Shown here piece by piece: positions 27,724 through 36,498 of a stretch of 52,389 bases of DNA; within the stretch, counting starts at the first letter, position 1; the number at the start of each line of letters is the position of its first letter. This DNA comes from an uncultured Bauldia sp. (GTDB lineage Bacteria; Pseudomonadota; Alphaproteobacteria; Rhizobiales; Kaistiaceae): NCBI GenBank assembly GCA_964441935.1, contig CAYTXI010000001.1, positions 1-52,389 on the forward strand. Reading direction: 5' to 3'. Under the pieces are notes generated by a model that was given only the letters and a program-made list of their open reading frames with translations, was not told the DNA's origin and did not search any database. The position numbers and the translations under genes are program-made.

Positions 27724-28944
27724 ATGACGATCACCGACACGATCGACGCCAACTGGCCACGGGAGGTCGAGTTCCTCAGGGCGCTGGTGAGGGTGCCGAG
27801 CGACAACCCGCCGGGTGACTGCGCGCCCCACGCCGAAGCCGCCGCGCGCGAGCTGGAGGCGCTGGGCTTCACCGTCGAGCGGCACGTGGTTGCGGACGAC
27901 CTGGTCCGCGCCAACGGCATGGTAAGCGTAACCAACCTCGTCGTGCGCCATCGCTTTGGCAGCGGGGAGGGACCGGTTATCGCTCTCAACGCCCACGGCG
28001 ACGTCGTGCCGCCCGGCGACGGCTGGACCGTCGATCCATACGGGGCCGCGGAGCGCGATGGCGCGATCTACGGGCGCGGCGCGGCCGTATCGAAATCGGA
28101 CTTCGCCACCTACGCCTTCGCCTTGCTGGCACTCGCGGCGAACGCCACCGGTCGCAACGGCGGCGTCGAGCTGCACTTCACCTATGACGAAGAGGCGGGG
28201 GGCAACGTCGGCCCGAAGTGGTTGATCGACCGGGGCCTGACGAACGCCACCCACGCGATCTCGGCCGGCTTCTCCTACGCCATCACCACGGCGCACAACG
28301 GCTGCCTGCACCTCGAAGTGACGCTCACCGGCCGCCAGGCCCATGCTGCCATGCCGGCGACGGGCCGTGACGCACTGGCAGCCACGGTGCCGGTGCTCGG
28401 CGCGATCTACGCCGAGCGCAAGCGCCTGGCCAGCATCGTCAGCGCCGTGGACGGCATCGGATCTCCGCAGATCACCGTCGGCCTGATCTCGGGCGGCATC
28501 AACACCAACGTCGTTCCGGATCGCGTCGCCTTCCGCGTCGACCGCCGCATCATCCCCGAGGAAGATGGCGCAGCCGTGGAACGGGCGCTTGTCGCCCTCG
28601 TCGAGAACGCCGTGCCGGGGGGCGAGGGGATTTCCGTCGCCTGCCGGCGGATCATGCTCGCGGAACCGCTGCGGGCCTCGCCCGGGGCCGAGGTCCTCGC
28701 CCGCGCGTTGGGCGTGCGGGCCGCCGAGATCCTGCGCGTTCCGGTCCCGGCGTCCGGCTCGCCCCTCTACACCGACGCCCGCCACTATGCCGCCGCGGGC
28801 ATTCCCGTCGTGCTCTACGGCGCCGGTCCCCGCTCGATCCTGGAGGCCAACGCCCACGCCGCCGACGAGCATCTCGTTCTCGCCGATCTCAGAGCCGCGA
28901 CCGAGATCGTCGCCCTGGCCCTTGCCGATATTCTAGGCGCTTAG
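27724..28944 (+). CDS. M20-family metallohydrolase (ArgE/DapE/ACY1/CPG2 type)
   Basis: 406 aa. LNAHGDVVPPGDGW, GRGAAVSKSD and YDEEAGG are metal-binding motifs typical of M20 peptidases/deacylases. Follows uraD after 43 nt. Confidence 0.85.
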   Translation: MTITDTIDANWPREVEFLRALVRVPSDNPPGDCAPHAEAAARELEALGFTVERHVVADDLVRANGMVSVTNLVVRHRFGSGEGPVIALNAHGDVVPPGDGWTVDPYGAAERDGAIYGRGAAVSKSDFATYAFALLALAANATGRNGGVELHFTYDEEAGGNVGPKWLIDRGLTNATHAISAGFSYAITTAHNGCLHLEVTLTGRQAHAAMPATGRDALAATVPVLGAIYAERKRLASIVSAVDGIGSPQITVGLISGGINTNVVPDRVAFRVDRRIIPEEDGAAVERALVALVENAVPGGEGISVACRRIMLAEPLRASPGAEVLARALGVRAAEILRVPVPASGSPLYTDARHYAAAGIPVVLYGAGPRSILEANAHAADEHLVLADLRAATEIVALALADILGA

Positions 28945-29059
28945 CTGCGTTCAGACGCGGTTCAGCCGATCGCCGGAACAATCCCGACAAATGGCCCAAT
29001 CGTTGTCGGATTGGGTTATGCTCGGCGTTTGCCGCCGACAGCGCGACGGGAGGGAAGGC

Positions 29060-31957
29060 ATGGGCACGAGGCAAGTCGCCACGGCGGATGGCAAGTCGCA
29101 GCGGCGTTACAAGCGCCCGGCTTCCGGTACGCTCGTTGCCCTGTTTGCGATTTTGATCGCCGGCCTCACCGGCCACGCTGCGGCGCAGCAGATTGGGCTT
29201 GTTCCACCCGGATACGCCGTCATGACCGGGTACTCCGGGGCGATCCTAGGCCAGGCACCCCCAAACGCCGACCCCTTCGACTACTACATGACCAACCCCG
29301 ATGGGCCGAGCGCTCGGGTCGTCGACCTGACGACGCTCGGTCCCCAGGGCCAGCAGTCCGCAGCTCCCAAGCCGTTCGATGTCTCCGCCTCGCAAGCGGG
29401 CCAGGTTTTTGGCGTCGCGCTCGACGATGCGCCGGGCCCCAACATCTACCTTGCCGCGACCTCGGTGTACGGCCTTCAAATCTACGTTCCGGACGCTTCC
29501 GGCCAGCCGAAGCGCGTGCGCAGGGGCGCGCCCGGCGCGCGCTTCGTCCCCGGGCAGTTCGGCCCGCCGGCGCAAGGTGGCGGACCGGCCTCGATCTGGC
29601 GCGTCGACGGCACCACCGGGGCCGTGTCTTTGCTCACCAACGTCGACACTGCCCAGAACAGCGTCTCGGCGCTCGGCGGTCTGGCTTTCGATCCGCGCAC
29701 GCAGCAGCTCTTCGTCGCCGACCGCTCCACCGGCATCGTCCAGCGGTTATCGCTGACCGGCATCAAGAACGGCACATACGACCACGGTGTCGAGGGTCGT
29801 CCCGGCGCCGGCCTCGCGCCGGTTCCGCTGAGCCCCTCCGTCCCGGTCAACATCACCAGCCCCGCGTTCAACACGGAAGACCGGACGACCTGGGGCTTTG
29901 CCGCACCGGCGCGGCGGGTCTTCGCACTCGCCGTCCACAACGACCGCCTCTACTACGCGATCGCCCAGGGCCCGCAGGTATGGTCCGCCGGGATCACCGC
30001 CAGCGGTACGATTCCCGGCAGCGATGCCCGCCTCGAGGTCGAGGTACCGTCTTTGCAGGATGGCGTCGAGATCACCGCGATCGATTTCGATGACGACGAC
30101 CGCATGTACATCGCCGAGCGCGGGGCCACCACCGGCGACTACTTCCTCTATCGGCTCGCCAACGCCGGTCAGAACCGCGTCCTGCGCTTCCAGCCGAAGG
30201 CGCCCGGCGACCCGACCCCTGGCCGGTGGACCTCGCTGCCGGAGCAATACGCAATCGGTCTGCCGCCCAATTACAACAACGCCACCGGCGGTGTGGCGCT
30301 CTACTACGGCTACCGGCAGGACCAGAGCGGAGCGATCGACTTCGGCGCCTGCGACGACACCGTGTGGTCGACCGGCGAGCGGCTGCTCGATCCGGGCGAT
30401 CCCAACGCCGCGCCCGGGAGCTTCCCCACGGTCGACGGCCTCCAGGGCAACGCGAGTTCCCTCGTACGGCCCCAGAACACGCCGCCGCAGGAGAGCTGGT
30501 TCATCGACTACGACGACGGCGTCGGCCATCCCGATTTCCGCGGCCACATGGGGGCGGTGGCAACGCTGCCGTGTCCGGCTCCGCCAGCGCCGCCGCAGCC
30601 GCCAACCACAACCTGTCCTCCGGGCACCTACTTCAACGGGATCCAGTGCATCATCATCCCGACCTGTCCGCCGGGCACCACCTACCAGAACGGCCAGTGC
30701 GTCTATCCGACGTGCCCCCCGGGCTACGTGTTGTCCAACGGCCAGTGCGTGCCACCGCCGCTGACCTGCCCGCCGGGGACGTTCTTCTACCAGGGCCAAT
30801 GTTACCCGATCGCGTGCCCGCCGGGCTTGGTCAAGACGCCCAACGGGCAGTGCGGCTGTCCGGGCAACCTGGTGTTCTTCAACGGCCAGTGCGTGCCGCC
30901 GCAGGCCTGCCCGCCGGGCATGATCACGCTGCCCAACGGCATCTGCACTTGCCCGCTCGGGCTAATCTTCGGCCAGGGCGTCTGCCAACAGCCGCCTACT
31001 TGCCCGCCGGGCAAGGAGCTATGGCAGGGCCAGTGCGTACCGAAGTGCCTGCAAGGCCAGGTCCACAAGCCGCCGAATGGCGTCTGCGGACCGCCCGGTC
31101 CGGGACCGGGTCCGGGACCAGCCTGCCCGCCGGGGAAGGAGAAGTGGCAAGGCCAGTGCGTCGACAAGTGCCCGCTGAACCAGTTCCACAAGCCGCCCAC
31201 CGGCGCGTGCGCGCCGTTTCCGTTGTCCTGCCCGCCGGGGAAGGAAGAGTGGCAGGGCCAGTGCGTCGACAAATGCTCGCCGAACCAGTTCCACAAGCCA
31301 CCCACCGGCGCCTGCGGACCGCTCCTAGTGCTGTGCCAGCCGGGGAAGGAAGAGTGGCAGGGCCAGTGCGTCGACAAATGCCAGCCCGGACAGGTGCACA
31401 AGCCGCCGAACGGTGCGTGCGGGTTCCAGATTGGCCCCATCGGACCCATCGGACCCATCGGACCCATTGGTCCGATCGGGCCGGGACCGGGACCAGGGCC
31501 AGGACCGGGACCAGGGCCAGGACCGGGACCAGGGCCAGGACCGGGACCAGGACCGGGCCCAGGACCAGGACCGGGACCGGGGCTGCAGCAGATACAGCCG
31601 ATAACACCGCCGGTGCTTTGCCCGGAGCCGAAGGAGATTTGGCAGGGCAAGTGCGTCGACAAATGCCCACTGGGCCTGGTCCACAAGGAACCGGACGGCG
31701 CGTGCGGCCCCCTGCTGGAGCTGTCACCGGAGAAATTGCTCCAGCCGATTCTCTGTCCGGAACCCAAGGAGGTCTGGGAGGACAAGTGCCTCGACGAATG
31801 CCCGGAAGGCGAGGTTCACCTGAAGCCGGACGGCGACTGCGGCCCGAAACCCGACGTGGTTGGGCCGCCGCAGCTCCAGAAGATCAATCCGAATCTCGTC
31901 AAACCCGGGCCGGGACCGCTGCAAAAGAACCCCGGCCTTATCCAGCCGCAGCAGTGA
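29060..31957 (+). CDS. Large secreted protein: unknown N-terminal domain (about 500 aa) plus C-terminal Cys/Pro-rich tandem repeats and PG/GPI low-complexity linkers
   Basis: ATG 29060 is preceded by GGGAGGGAAGG. Signal/anchor LVALFAILIAGLTGHAAAQQ. From nt 30613 there are 8 short CPPG-x6-8-G-x-C units, then 6 long units of about 35-41 aa (CPPGKE-x-WQGQCVDKC-x5-HKPP-x-G-x-CG). (GPI)5 and (GP)17 runs are present. I recognise no family for the N-terminal domain. Confidence 0.7.
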   Translation: MGTRQVATADGKSQRRYKRPASGTLVALFAILIAGLTGHAAAQQIGLVPPGYAVMTGYSGAILGQAPPNADPFDYYMTNPDGPSARVVDLTTLGPQGQQSAAPKPFDVSASQAGQVFGVALDDAPGPNIYLAATSVYGLQIYVPDASGQPKRVRRGAPGARFVPGQFGPPAQGGGPASIWRVDGTTGAVSLLTNVDTAQNSVSALGGLAFDPRTQQLFVADRSTGIVQRLSLTGIKNGTYDHGVEGRPGAGLAPVPLSPSVPVNITSPAFNTEDRTTWGFAAPARRVFALAVHNDRLYYAIAQGPQVWSAGITASGTIPGSDARLEVEVPSLQDGVEITAIDFDDDDRMYIAERGATTGDYFLYRLANAGQNRVLRFQPKAPGDPTPGRWTSLPEQYAIGLPPNYNNATGGVALYYGYRQDQSGAIDFGACDDTVWSTGERLLDPGDPNAAPGSFPTVDGLQGNASSLVRPQNTPPQESWFIDYDDGVGHPDFRGHMGAVATLPCPAPPAPPQPPTTTCPPGTYFNGIQCIIIPTCPPGTTYQNGQCVYPTCPPGYVLSNGQCVPPPLTCPPGTFFYQGQCYPIACPPGLVKTPNGQCGCPGNLVFFNGQCVPPQACPPGMITLPNGICTCPLGLIFGQGVCQQPPTCPPGKELWQGQCVPKCLQGQVHKPPNGVCGPPGPGPGPGPACPPGKEKWQGQCVDKCPLNQFHKPPTGACAPFPLSCPPGKEEWQGQCVDKCSPNQFHKPPTGACGPLLVLCQPGKEEWQGQCVDKCQPGQVHKPPNGACGFQIGPIGPIGPIGPIGPIGPGPGPGPGPGPGPGPGPGPGPGPGPGPGPGPGPGLQQIQPITPPVLCPEPKEIWQGKCVDKCPLGLVHKEPDGACGPLLELSPEKLLQPILCPEPKEVWEDKCLDECPEGEVHLKPDGDCGPKPDVVGPPQLQKINPNLVKPGPGPLQKNPGLIQPQQ
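31001..31438 (+). repeat. Tandem coding repeats (123, 105, 105, 105 nt) encoding 4-Cys modules
   Basis: Unit starts (TGC of CPPG/CQPG) are at 31001, 31124, 31229 and 31334. Units 2-4 are spaced exactly 105 nt apart and are near-identical at the DNA level (e.g. gggaaggaagagtggcagggccagtgcgtcgacaaatgc occurs twice). Two diverged units follow at 31619 and 31754. Confidence 0.85.
31433..31582 (+). repeat. In-frame microsatellites: 9-nt (GGMCCNATY)x5 then hexanucleotide (GGNCCN)x17.5
   Basis: ggccccatc ggacccatc ggacccatc ggacccatt ggtccgatc (31433-31477), followed by 105 nt of ggg/gga-ccg/cca repeats with an 18-nt super-period ggaccgggaccagggcca (31478-31582). A shorter run lies at 31091-31120. 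Confidence 0.9.
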
Positions 31958-32073
31958 CCGCGCGAAGCGAACCTCACTCGCGCCCGGGGATGTGAAGCTG
32001 TGCGCAATGCCCCCCGGGATGCCTGATGCGGCGCCCGGGGCGATACCCATCCTGTCGAGACCAAGGAGAGCCC

Positions 32074-32952
32074 GTGCTTGAATTCGAGCCCGTGAACGAC
32101 GTGCGCTGTCAACTCGGCGAGTCGCCGGCGTACGATGAGCGCCGCAATACGCTGTGGTTCTGCGACATCCTCGGCAAAACCCTCCACGCCGTCGACCTCG
32201 CAACGTCGAAACCACGTCGGTGGTCGTTCGACAGCGAGGTGACATCCGTGGGCATTGCCGAGTCGGGGCGCCTGGTGTTGGCGCTACGAGACGTGATCGG
32301 GTTGTTCGATCCGGAAGACGCCGCCTTCACCAAACTTGCCACCATCGAGGCCGATCGCGCCGACACCCGACTCAATGACGCCAAGGTCGGTCCGGACGGC
32401 GCCTATTGGGTCGGCACCACGGACGATGCCAACGTGCGCCAGCCCATCGGCACACTCTACCGACTCAACGCGCAGGGGAAAGTGGAGCCCAAGGTCGAGG
32501 GACTACAAGTCTCCAACGGCCTCGCCTTCACCGCCGACGGACGCACGATGTTCCATTCCGATTCGCGTGGCGCGTGGATTGACCGCTGGGATTTCGATCC
32601 ATCGACCGGAACGATTTCCAACCGCACCCGCATCGCCGAGCCGGATGAAGCCACCGGCCGCCCGGACGGCGGCGCCACCGACGCCGATGGCTGCTACTGG
32701 AGCGCTGGAATATCGGCCGCCTGCCTCAACCGCTTCGCGCCGGACGGCAGCCTGATCGCGAGCTACCCGGTGCCGGTCGCGGCACCGACCATGCCGTGCT
32801 TCGGCGGCGACGATCTGAGGACGCTGTTCGTCACGAGCCTGCGGGTTGGGCGGTCGCCGGAAGCGCTCGAGCGGCATCCCCTGACCGGCATCACCATCGC
32901 CGCCGCGAGCCCCGTCGCCGGCGCTCCCGTTAGCCGTTTCCGCGACGTGTGA
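32074..32952 (+). CDS. SMP-30/gluconolactonase/LRE-family protein
   Basis: GTG 32074 is preceded by AAGGAGAG. VNDVRCQLGESPAYDER...LWFCDI..., NDAKVGPDGAYWVGT and SNGLAFTADGRTMFHSDS are six-bladed propeller lactonase motifs. Confidence 0.8.
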   Translation: MLEFEPVNDVRCQLGESPAYDERRNTLWFCDILGKTLHAVDLATSKPRRWSFDSEVTSVGIAESGRLVLALRDVIGLFDPEDAAFTKLATIEADRADTRLNDAKVGPDGAYWVGTTDDANVRQPIGTLYRLNAQGKVEPKVEGLQVSNGLAFTADGRTMFHSDSRGAWIDRWDFDPSTGTISNRTRIAEPDEATGRPDGGATDADGCYWSAGISAACLNRFAPDGSLIASYPVPVAAPTMPCFGGDDLRTLFVTSLRVGRSPEALERHPLTGITIAAASPVAGAPVSRFRDV

Positions 32953-32973
32953 CGACGAGAGCCGGGCGCCGGT

Positions 32974-33678
32974 TCAGCTGTTCAGCCGCGATAGCAGCGC
33001 GCGGTTGCGCAGTTCGATCCGCCGGCAGGTAGGCAAGGCGATGGTCGCAGCGTGCTCCATTTGGCTCAACGTGCGCGACACCGTCTCAATGGTGAGCCCG
33101 AGGTAGTCGGCGATATCCTGGCGCGACATCGGCAGCTCGATCATCTCGCCGTCGGCGACACGATCGGCCATCTCCAGAAGGAAGGTCGCGACGCGCTCCT
33201 GAGCGCTTTTGCGGCCGAGAAGCAAAAGCAGATCTTGCGCACGCACGAGGTCGCGTGCCGTGGCCGCCCACATGGCACGCGCGACGGTGCCGTCACGGGC
33301 AGCCAGCGTCATGATGGCGCTGCGCTTGGCGACGATCACCTCCGAGTCGGCGATGGCCTCTGCCGTAAACACATGGCTCTCGCCGACTTCCAAACCGAAG
33401 ACGTCGCCGGGCAGGCGAAAGGCAGCGATCTGACGGCGACCGTCAGCGAGCAGCTTGTAGGTCCGGATGGCGCCGCGGATGACCATGTAGACGAACTCGG
33501 CAGGCTCGTCCTCCCCATAGACTTCTTCGTTCCGCGCGTAGGAAATCACCGCGCCCATGAGCCTGACGGCGTTGGCGAGCGGCGACTGTGTGGCGACGCC
33601 CGCCGCGGCCGCATCAACAGTGTCAACTGGCACCGGCCGGGCCGCACCACTGATATCGATCTGTCGAAAAGCGCCCAT
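32974..33678 (-). CDS. fixK: Crp/Fnr-family transcriptional regulator, FixK-like
   Basis: 234 aa from ATG 33678. cNMP-like beta-barrel (FVYMVIRGAIRTYKLLADGRRQIAAF) and C-terminal HTH (MSRQDIADYLGLTIETVSRTLSQM). There is no N-terminal Cys cluster, so it is FixK-type rather than Fnr-type. Divergent from fixLJ. Confidence 0.85.
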   Translation of the reverse strand: MGAFRQIDISGAARPVPVDTVDAAAAGVATQSPLANAVRLMGAVISYARNEEVYGEDEPAEFVYMVIRGAIRTYKLLADGRRQIAAFRLPGDVFGLEVGESHVFTAEAIADSEVIVAKRSAIMTLAARDGTVARAMWAATARDLVRAQDLLLLLGRKSAQERVATFLLEMADRVADGEMIELPMSRQDIADYLGLTIETVSRTLSQMEHAATIALPTCRRIELRNRALLSRLNS

Positions 33679-33773
33679 TGCCAGCCTCCATCGCAATCGG
33701 TTGACCGTTGGGTATGGATACGAGGCGCCAACCGGGTGCGAAATTCCGATATTGTCCCTACGGGATTTCCCGG

Positions 33774-35342
33774 ATGACCGATTGTCGCAGGGCGTCCGCG
33801 GAACGCCGGAGACCATGCGCCGTGGCCAAATCGCCGTCGCCAGATCGTAGACAGTCGCGGCCAACCGTGCCGGGCGACAACCCCGCCGTGCCGGCGTTCG
33901 TCCGCTATGGGTTGGCCCTGGTGCTGATCGGCGCGGGTTTCGTCTTGTTCGCCGTCACCGGCGGGCCCGGCGGCATGCCGACTCTTCTCTTGATCTTCTG
34001 TGCGGCGATCGTGGCCACATCGGGCATCGGCGGATTCGGACCGGGGATGCTCGCCGTTGTCGGCGGGCTGCTCGCCGCTGGGTTCGTCGCAACCCGGGAC
34101 GCCGCCCCCGCGACCAACGTGGCGTACGTCGTGCTGTTCGCCGCGCTCGGCGGCGGGATCGCGTGGACCGGTGGTCGTTTCCACCGCGCTTGGCGCGAGG
34201 CCGCCGAAGCGATCCGGGATATCACTGCGCGCGAGGCGCACCTTCAATCGATCCTCGACACGGTTCCCGAGGCGATGATTGTCATCGATGAGACCGCCGC
34301 AATTCAATCGTTCAGTTCGGCCGCCGAGCGCCTGTTCGGCTACCGAGCGCACGAGGTTCTCGGTCAGAACGTCGCCATCCTGATGCCGGAACCTTATCGC
34401 AGCGGCCACGACGGCTATCTGCACCGCTACCTGTCCACCGGCGAGCGCCACATCATCGGCATCGGCCGAGTCGTTGTCGGCCAGCGGCGCGACGGCTCCA
34501 CATTTCCCATGGAACTCGCCGTCGGCGAAATGCGTTCCGCGGGACGTCGGTTCTTCACCGGCTTCATCCGCGATCTGACCGAACGCCAGGCGACCGAGGC
34601 CCGCCTGCAGGAACTGCAGCAGGAAGTCGCCCACATGTCGCGGCTGACCGCAATGGGCGAGATGGCCTCGGCGCTGGCGCACGAGCTCAACCAGCCGCTA
34701 TCGGCGATCGCCAACTACGTGAAGGGCTCGCTGCGGCTCCTGGAAGACGTCAAAGGCGAACGGACGGCGATGCTCGGCGACGCCCTCGACAAGGCGGCCG
34801 AACAGGCGCTGCGCGCCGGTCAGATCATCCGGCGGCTGCGCGAGTTTGTCGGCCGTGGCGAGACCGAAAAACGCGTCGAGAGTGTTGCCAGGCTGGTTGA
34901 GGAGGCGGGCGCCCTGGCGCTGGTCGGTGTCAGGGAGCGCGGCGTGCGCGTGCACTACCGGCTCGATCGGGCGGCGGATCGCGTGGTCGCCGACAGGGTC
35001 CAGGTCCAGCAGGTCCTCCTCAATCTGATGCGCAACGCCATCGAGGCGATGGACTCGGTCGACCGCCGCGAGCTCGTCGTGGCGAATTCCCTTGACGACG
35101 GTATGATCAGGATCGACGTGATCGACACCGGCGCCGGCATCGCGCCGGACGTTGCCGAACGGCTGTTCCAGCCGTTCGTCACCAGCAAGGCTCAGGGCAT
35201 GGGGGTCGGTCTCTCGATCTCGCGAACGATCGTGGAGTCCCATGGGGGCCGCATCTGGGCGGAACCCAATCCCGGCGGCGGGACGCGGTTCAGCCTGACG
35301 CTGCCGGGCGTGCAGGTAGACGAGCTCGCTGATGCAGACTGA
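33774..35342 (+). CDS. fixL: Oxygen-sensing haem-PAS histidine kinase FixL
   Basis: N-terminal TM segments, then a haem-PAS core [31 protein letters not shown]...[52 protein letters not shown]-box [11 protein letters not shown] and HATPase N/G boxes follow. The start is uncertain: in-frame candidates at 33708, 33774, 33867 and 33888. Confidence 0.85.
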   Translation: MTDCRRASAERRRPCAVAKSPSPDRRQSRPTVPGDNPAVPAFVRYGLALVLIGAGFVLFAVTGGPGGMPTLLLIFCAAIVATSGIGGFGPGMLAVVGGLLAAGFVATRDAAPATNVAYVVLFAALGGGIAWTGGRFHRAWREAAEAIRDITAREAHLQSILDTVPEAMIVIDETAAIQSFSSAAERLFGYRAHEVLGQNVAILMPEPYRSGHDGYLHRYLSTGERHIIGIGRVVVGQRRDGSTFPMELAVGEMRSAGRRFFTGFIRDLTERQATEARLQELQQEVAHMSRLTAMGEMASALAHELNQPLSAIANYVKGSLRLLEDVKGERTAMLGDALDKAAEQALRAGQIIRRLREFVGRGETEKRVESVARLVEEAGALALVGVRERGVRVHYRLDRAADRVVADRVQVQQVLLNLMRNAIEAMDSVDRRELVVANSLDDGMIRIDVIDTGAGIAPDVAERLFQPFVTSKAQGMGVGLSISRTIVESHGGRIWAEPNPGGGTRFSLTLPGVQVDELADAD

Positions 35343-35976
35343 CCGTACCGTCCATGTCATCGACGACGACGAAAGCGTCCGCCACTCCCTTGCTTTCCTC
35401 CTCGACGCGTCCGGCTTCGTCGTCCACACGTATGAGTCGGCCGAAGCCTTCCTGAACGCCCTCCCGGACATGGACCCCGGCTGCGTCATCACCGACGTCC
35501 GCATGCCGGGTCTGACCGGCATCGAACTGATCAGGCGGCTCAACGATCGCCAAGCCGAACTCGCCGTCATCGTCGTCACCGGCCACGGGGACGTACCGAT
35601 GGCGGTCGAAGCCATGAAACTTGGCGCCGCCGATTTCCTGGAGAAGCCCTTTGACGACGAGAGCATCCTGGCGGCCGTGCATGGCGCTTGCGCGCGCATG
35701 CGCGACACGGGCGCTGAGACGCACAGACGAGCCGAGGCGGCTCAGAAACTGGCGACACTGTCCAATCGCGAACGCCAGATCCTCGACGGCCTGGTCGCCG
35801 GATTGGCCAACAAGGCGATCGCTCAGGACCTGGGCATCAGCCCGCGCACGGTGGAGGTCTACCGTGCCAACGTCATGACCAAGATGCGGGCCGACAGTCT
35901 CTCAGACCTCGTGCGTATGGCACTTGTTTCCGGTGCCATCGACGCGGGCGGCAAGGGAACGCCAACGACCGGTTGA
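35332..35976 (+). CDS. fixJ: Response regulator FixJ (receiver + LuxR-type HTH)
   Basis: [18 protein letters not shown]...[12 protein letters not shown] receiver domain, and a C-terminal [43 protein letters not shown]. Overlaps the fixL stop by 11 nt. Confidence 0.9.
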   Translation: MQTDRTVHVIDDDESVRHSLAFLLDASGFVVHTYESAEAFLNALPDMDPGCVITDVRMPGLTGIELIRRLNDRQAELAVIVVTGHGDVPMAVEAMKLGAADFLEKPFDDESILAAVHGACARMRDTGAETHRRAEAAQKLATLSNRERQILDGLVAGLANKAIAQDLGISPRTVEVYRANVMTKMRADSLSDLVRMALVSGAIDAGGKGTPTTG

Positions 35977-36003
35977 TCCGGCGTTCCGCCGGCACCGGGG
36001 CCG

Positions 36004-36017
36004 TTGAGGCAGATCAA
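36004..36017 (+). promoter_or_regulatory. FixK/Fnr-type box TTGAGGCAGATCAA (TTGA-N6-TCAA)
   Basis: A perfect TTGA-N6-TCAA palindrome core lies 66 nt upstream of the orphan receiver gene start (36083) and 28 nt after the fixJ stop. Confidence 0.5.
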
Positions 36018-36082
36018 TCCGACCCGTCACTCACTCATGCACTCTGGGCCTGGCGATTTGTCCGCCAAGACAGGCCGATTCG

Positions 36083-36478
36083 ATGGTCAGGAGCGGCACA
36101 TCACTCGAGGAGAAGCGTGCGGTCTTCGTTGTCGACGACGACCAGGCCGTGCTGCATGCGCTGAAGTTCGCCCTCGAGCTCGAAGGCTATTCGGTCTCCA
36201 TCTTCCACAACGCGACCGAGATCCTGGCCGCGCCCGGGCTCCCCGAACGCGGCTGCCTGGTCGTCGACTACCGGCTGCCGGACAGGAACGGCCTGGAGGT
36301 GCTCGCCGACCTGCGGGCGCGCGGGATCAAGACGCCAGCGGTCCTGATGACTAGCGAGCCGAACGAGGGACTAGCGCAACGCGCGGCAGCGGCAGACGTC
36401 GCCATCATCGAGAAGCCGCTGCTCACCAATACCCTGAACCAGGCCATAGACGCGGTGTTCGAACGCACGCACCGATAG
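36083..36478 (+). CDS. Single-domain response regulator (receiver only)
   Basis: 131 aa. VFVVDDDQAVLHALKFALE...VVDYRLPDRNGLEVL...VLMTS...KP receiver motifs and no output domain. Located directly downstream of fixLJ. Confidence 0.8.
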   Translation: MVRSGTSLEEKRAVFVVDDDQAVLHALKFALELEGYSVSIFHNATEILAAPGLPERGCLVVDYRLPDRNGLEVLADLRARGIKTPAVLMTSEPNEGLAQRAAAADVAIIEKPLLTNTLNQAIDAVFERTHR

Positions 36479-36498
36479 TCGCCAGGGCTCGGGACCTT

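Noticed and set aside
31433-31582. The regularly spaced short repeats could be mistaken for a CRISPR array or a non-coding satellite.
   Set aside because: The repeats are contiguous with no spacers. All periods are multiples of 3, and they lie in frame inside a long ORF, encoding GPI and GP dipeptide/tripeptide runs. No cas genes are present.
30226-31995. 589-aa alternative-frame ORF, plus minus-strand ORFs 30802-31785 and 30996-31727, across the repeat region.
   Set aside because: These are by-products of the GC-rich, stop-free repeat DNA. Only the 29060-31957 frame has a signal peptide, an RBS and regularly spaced Cys residues conserved across the repeat units.
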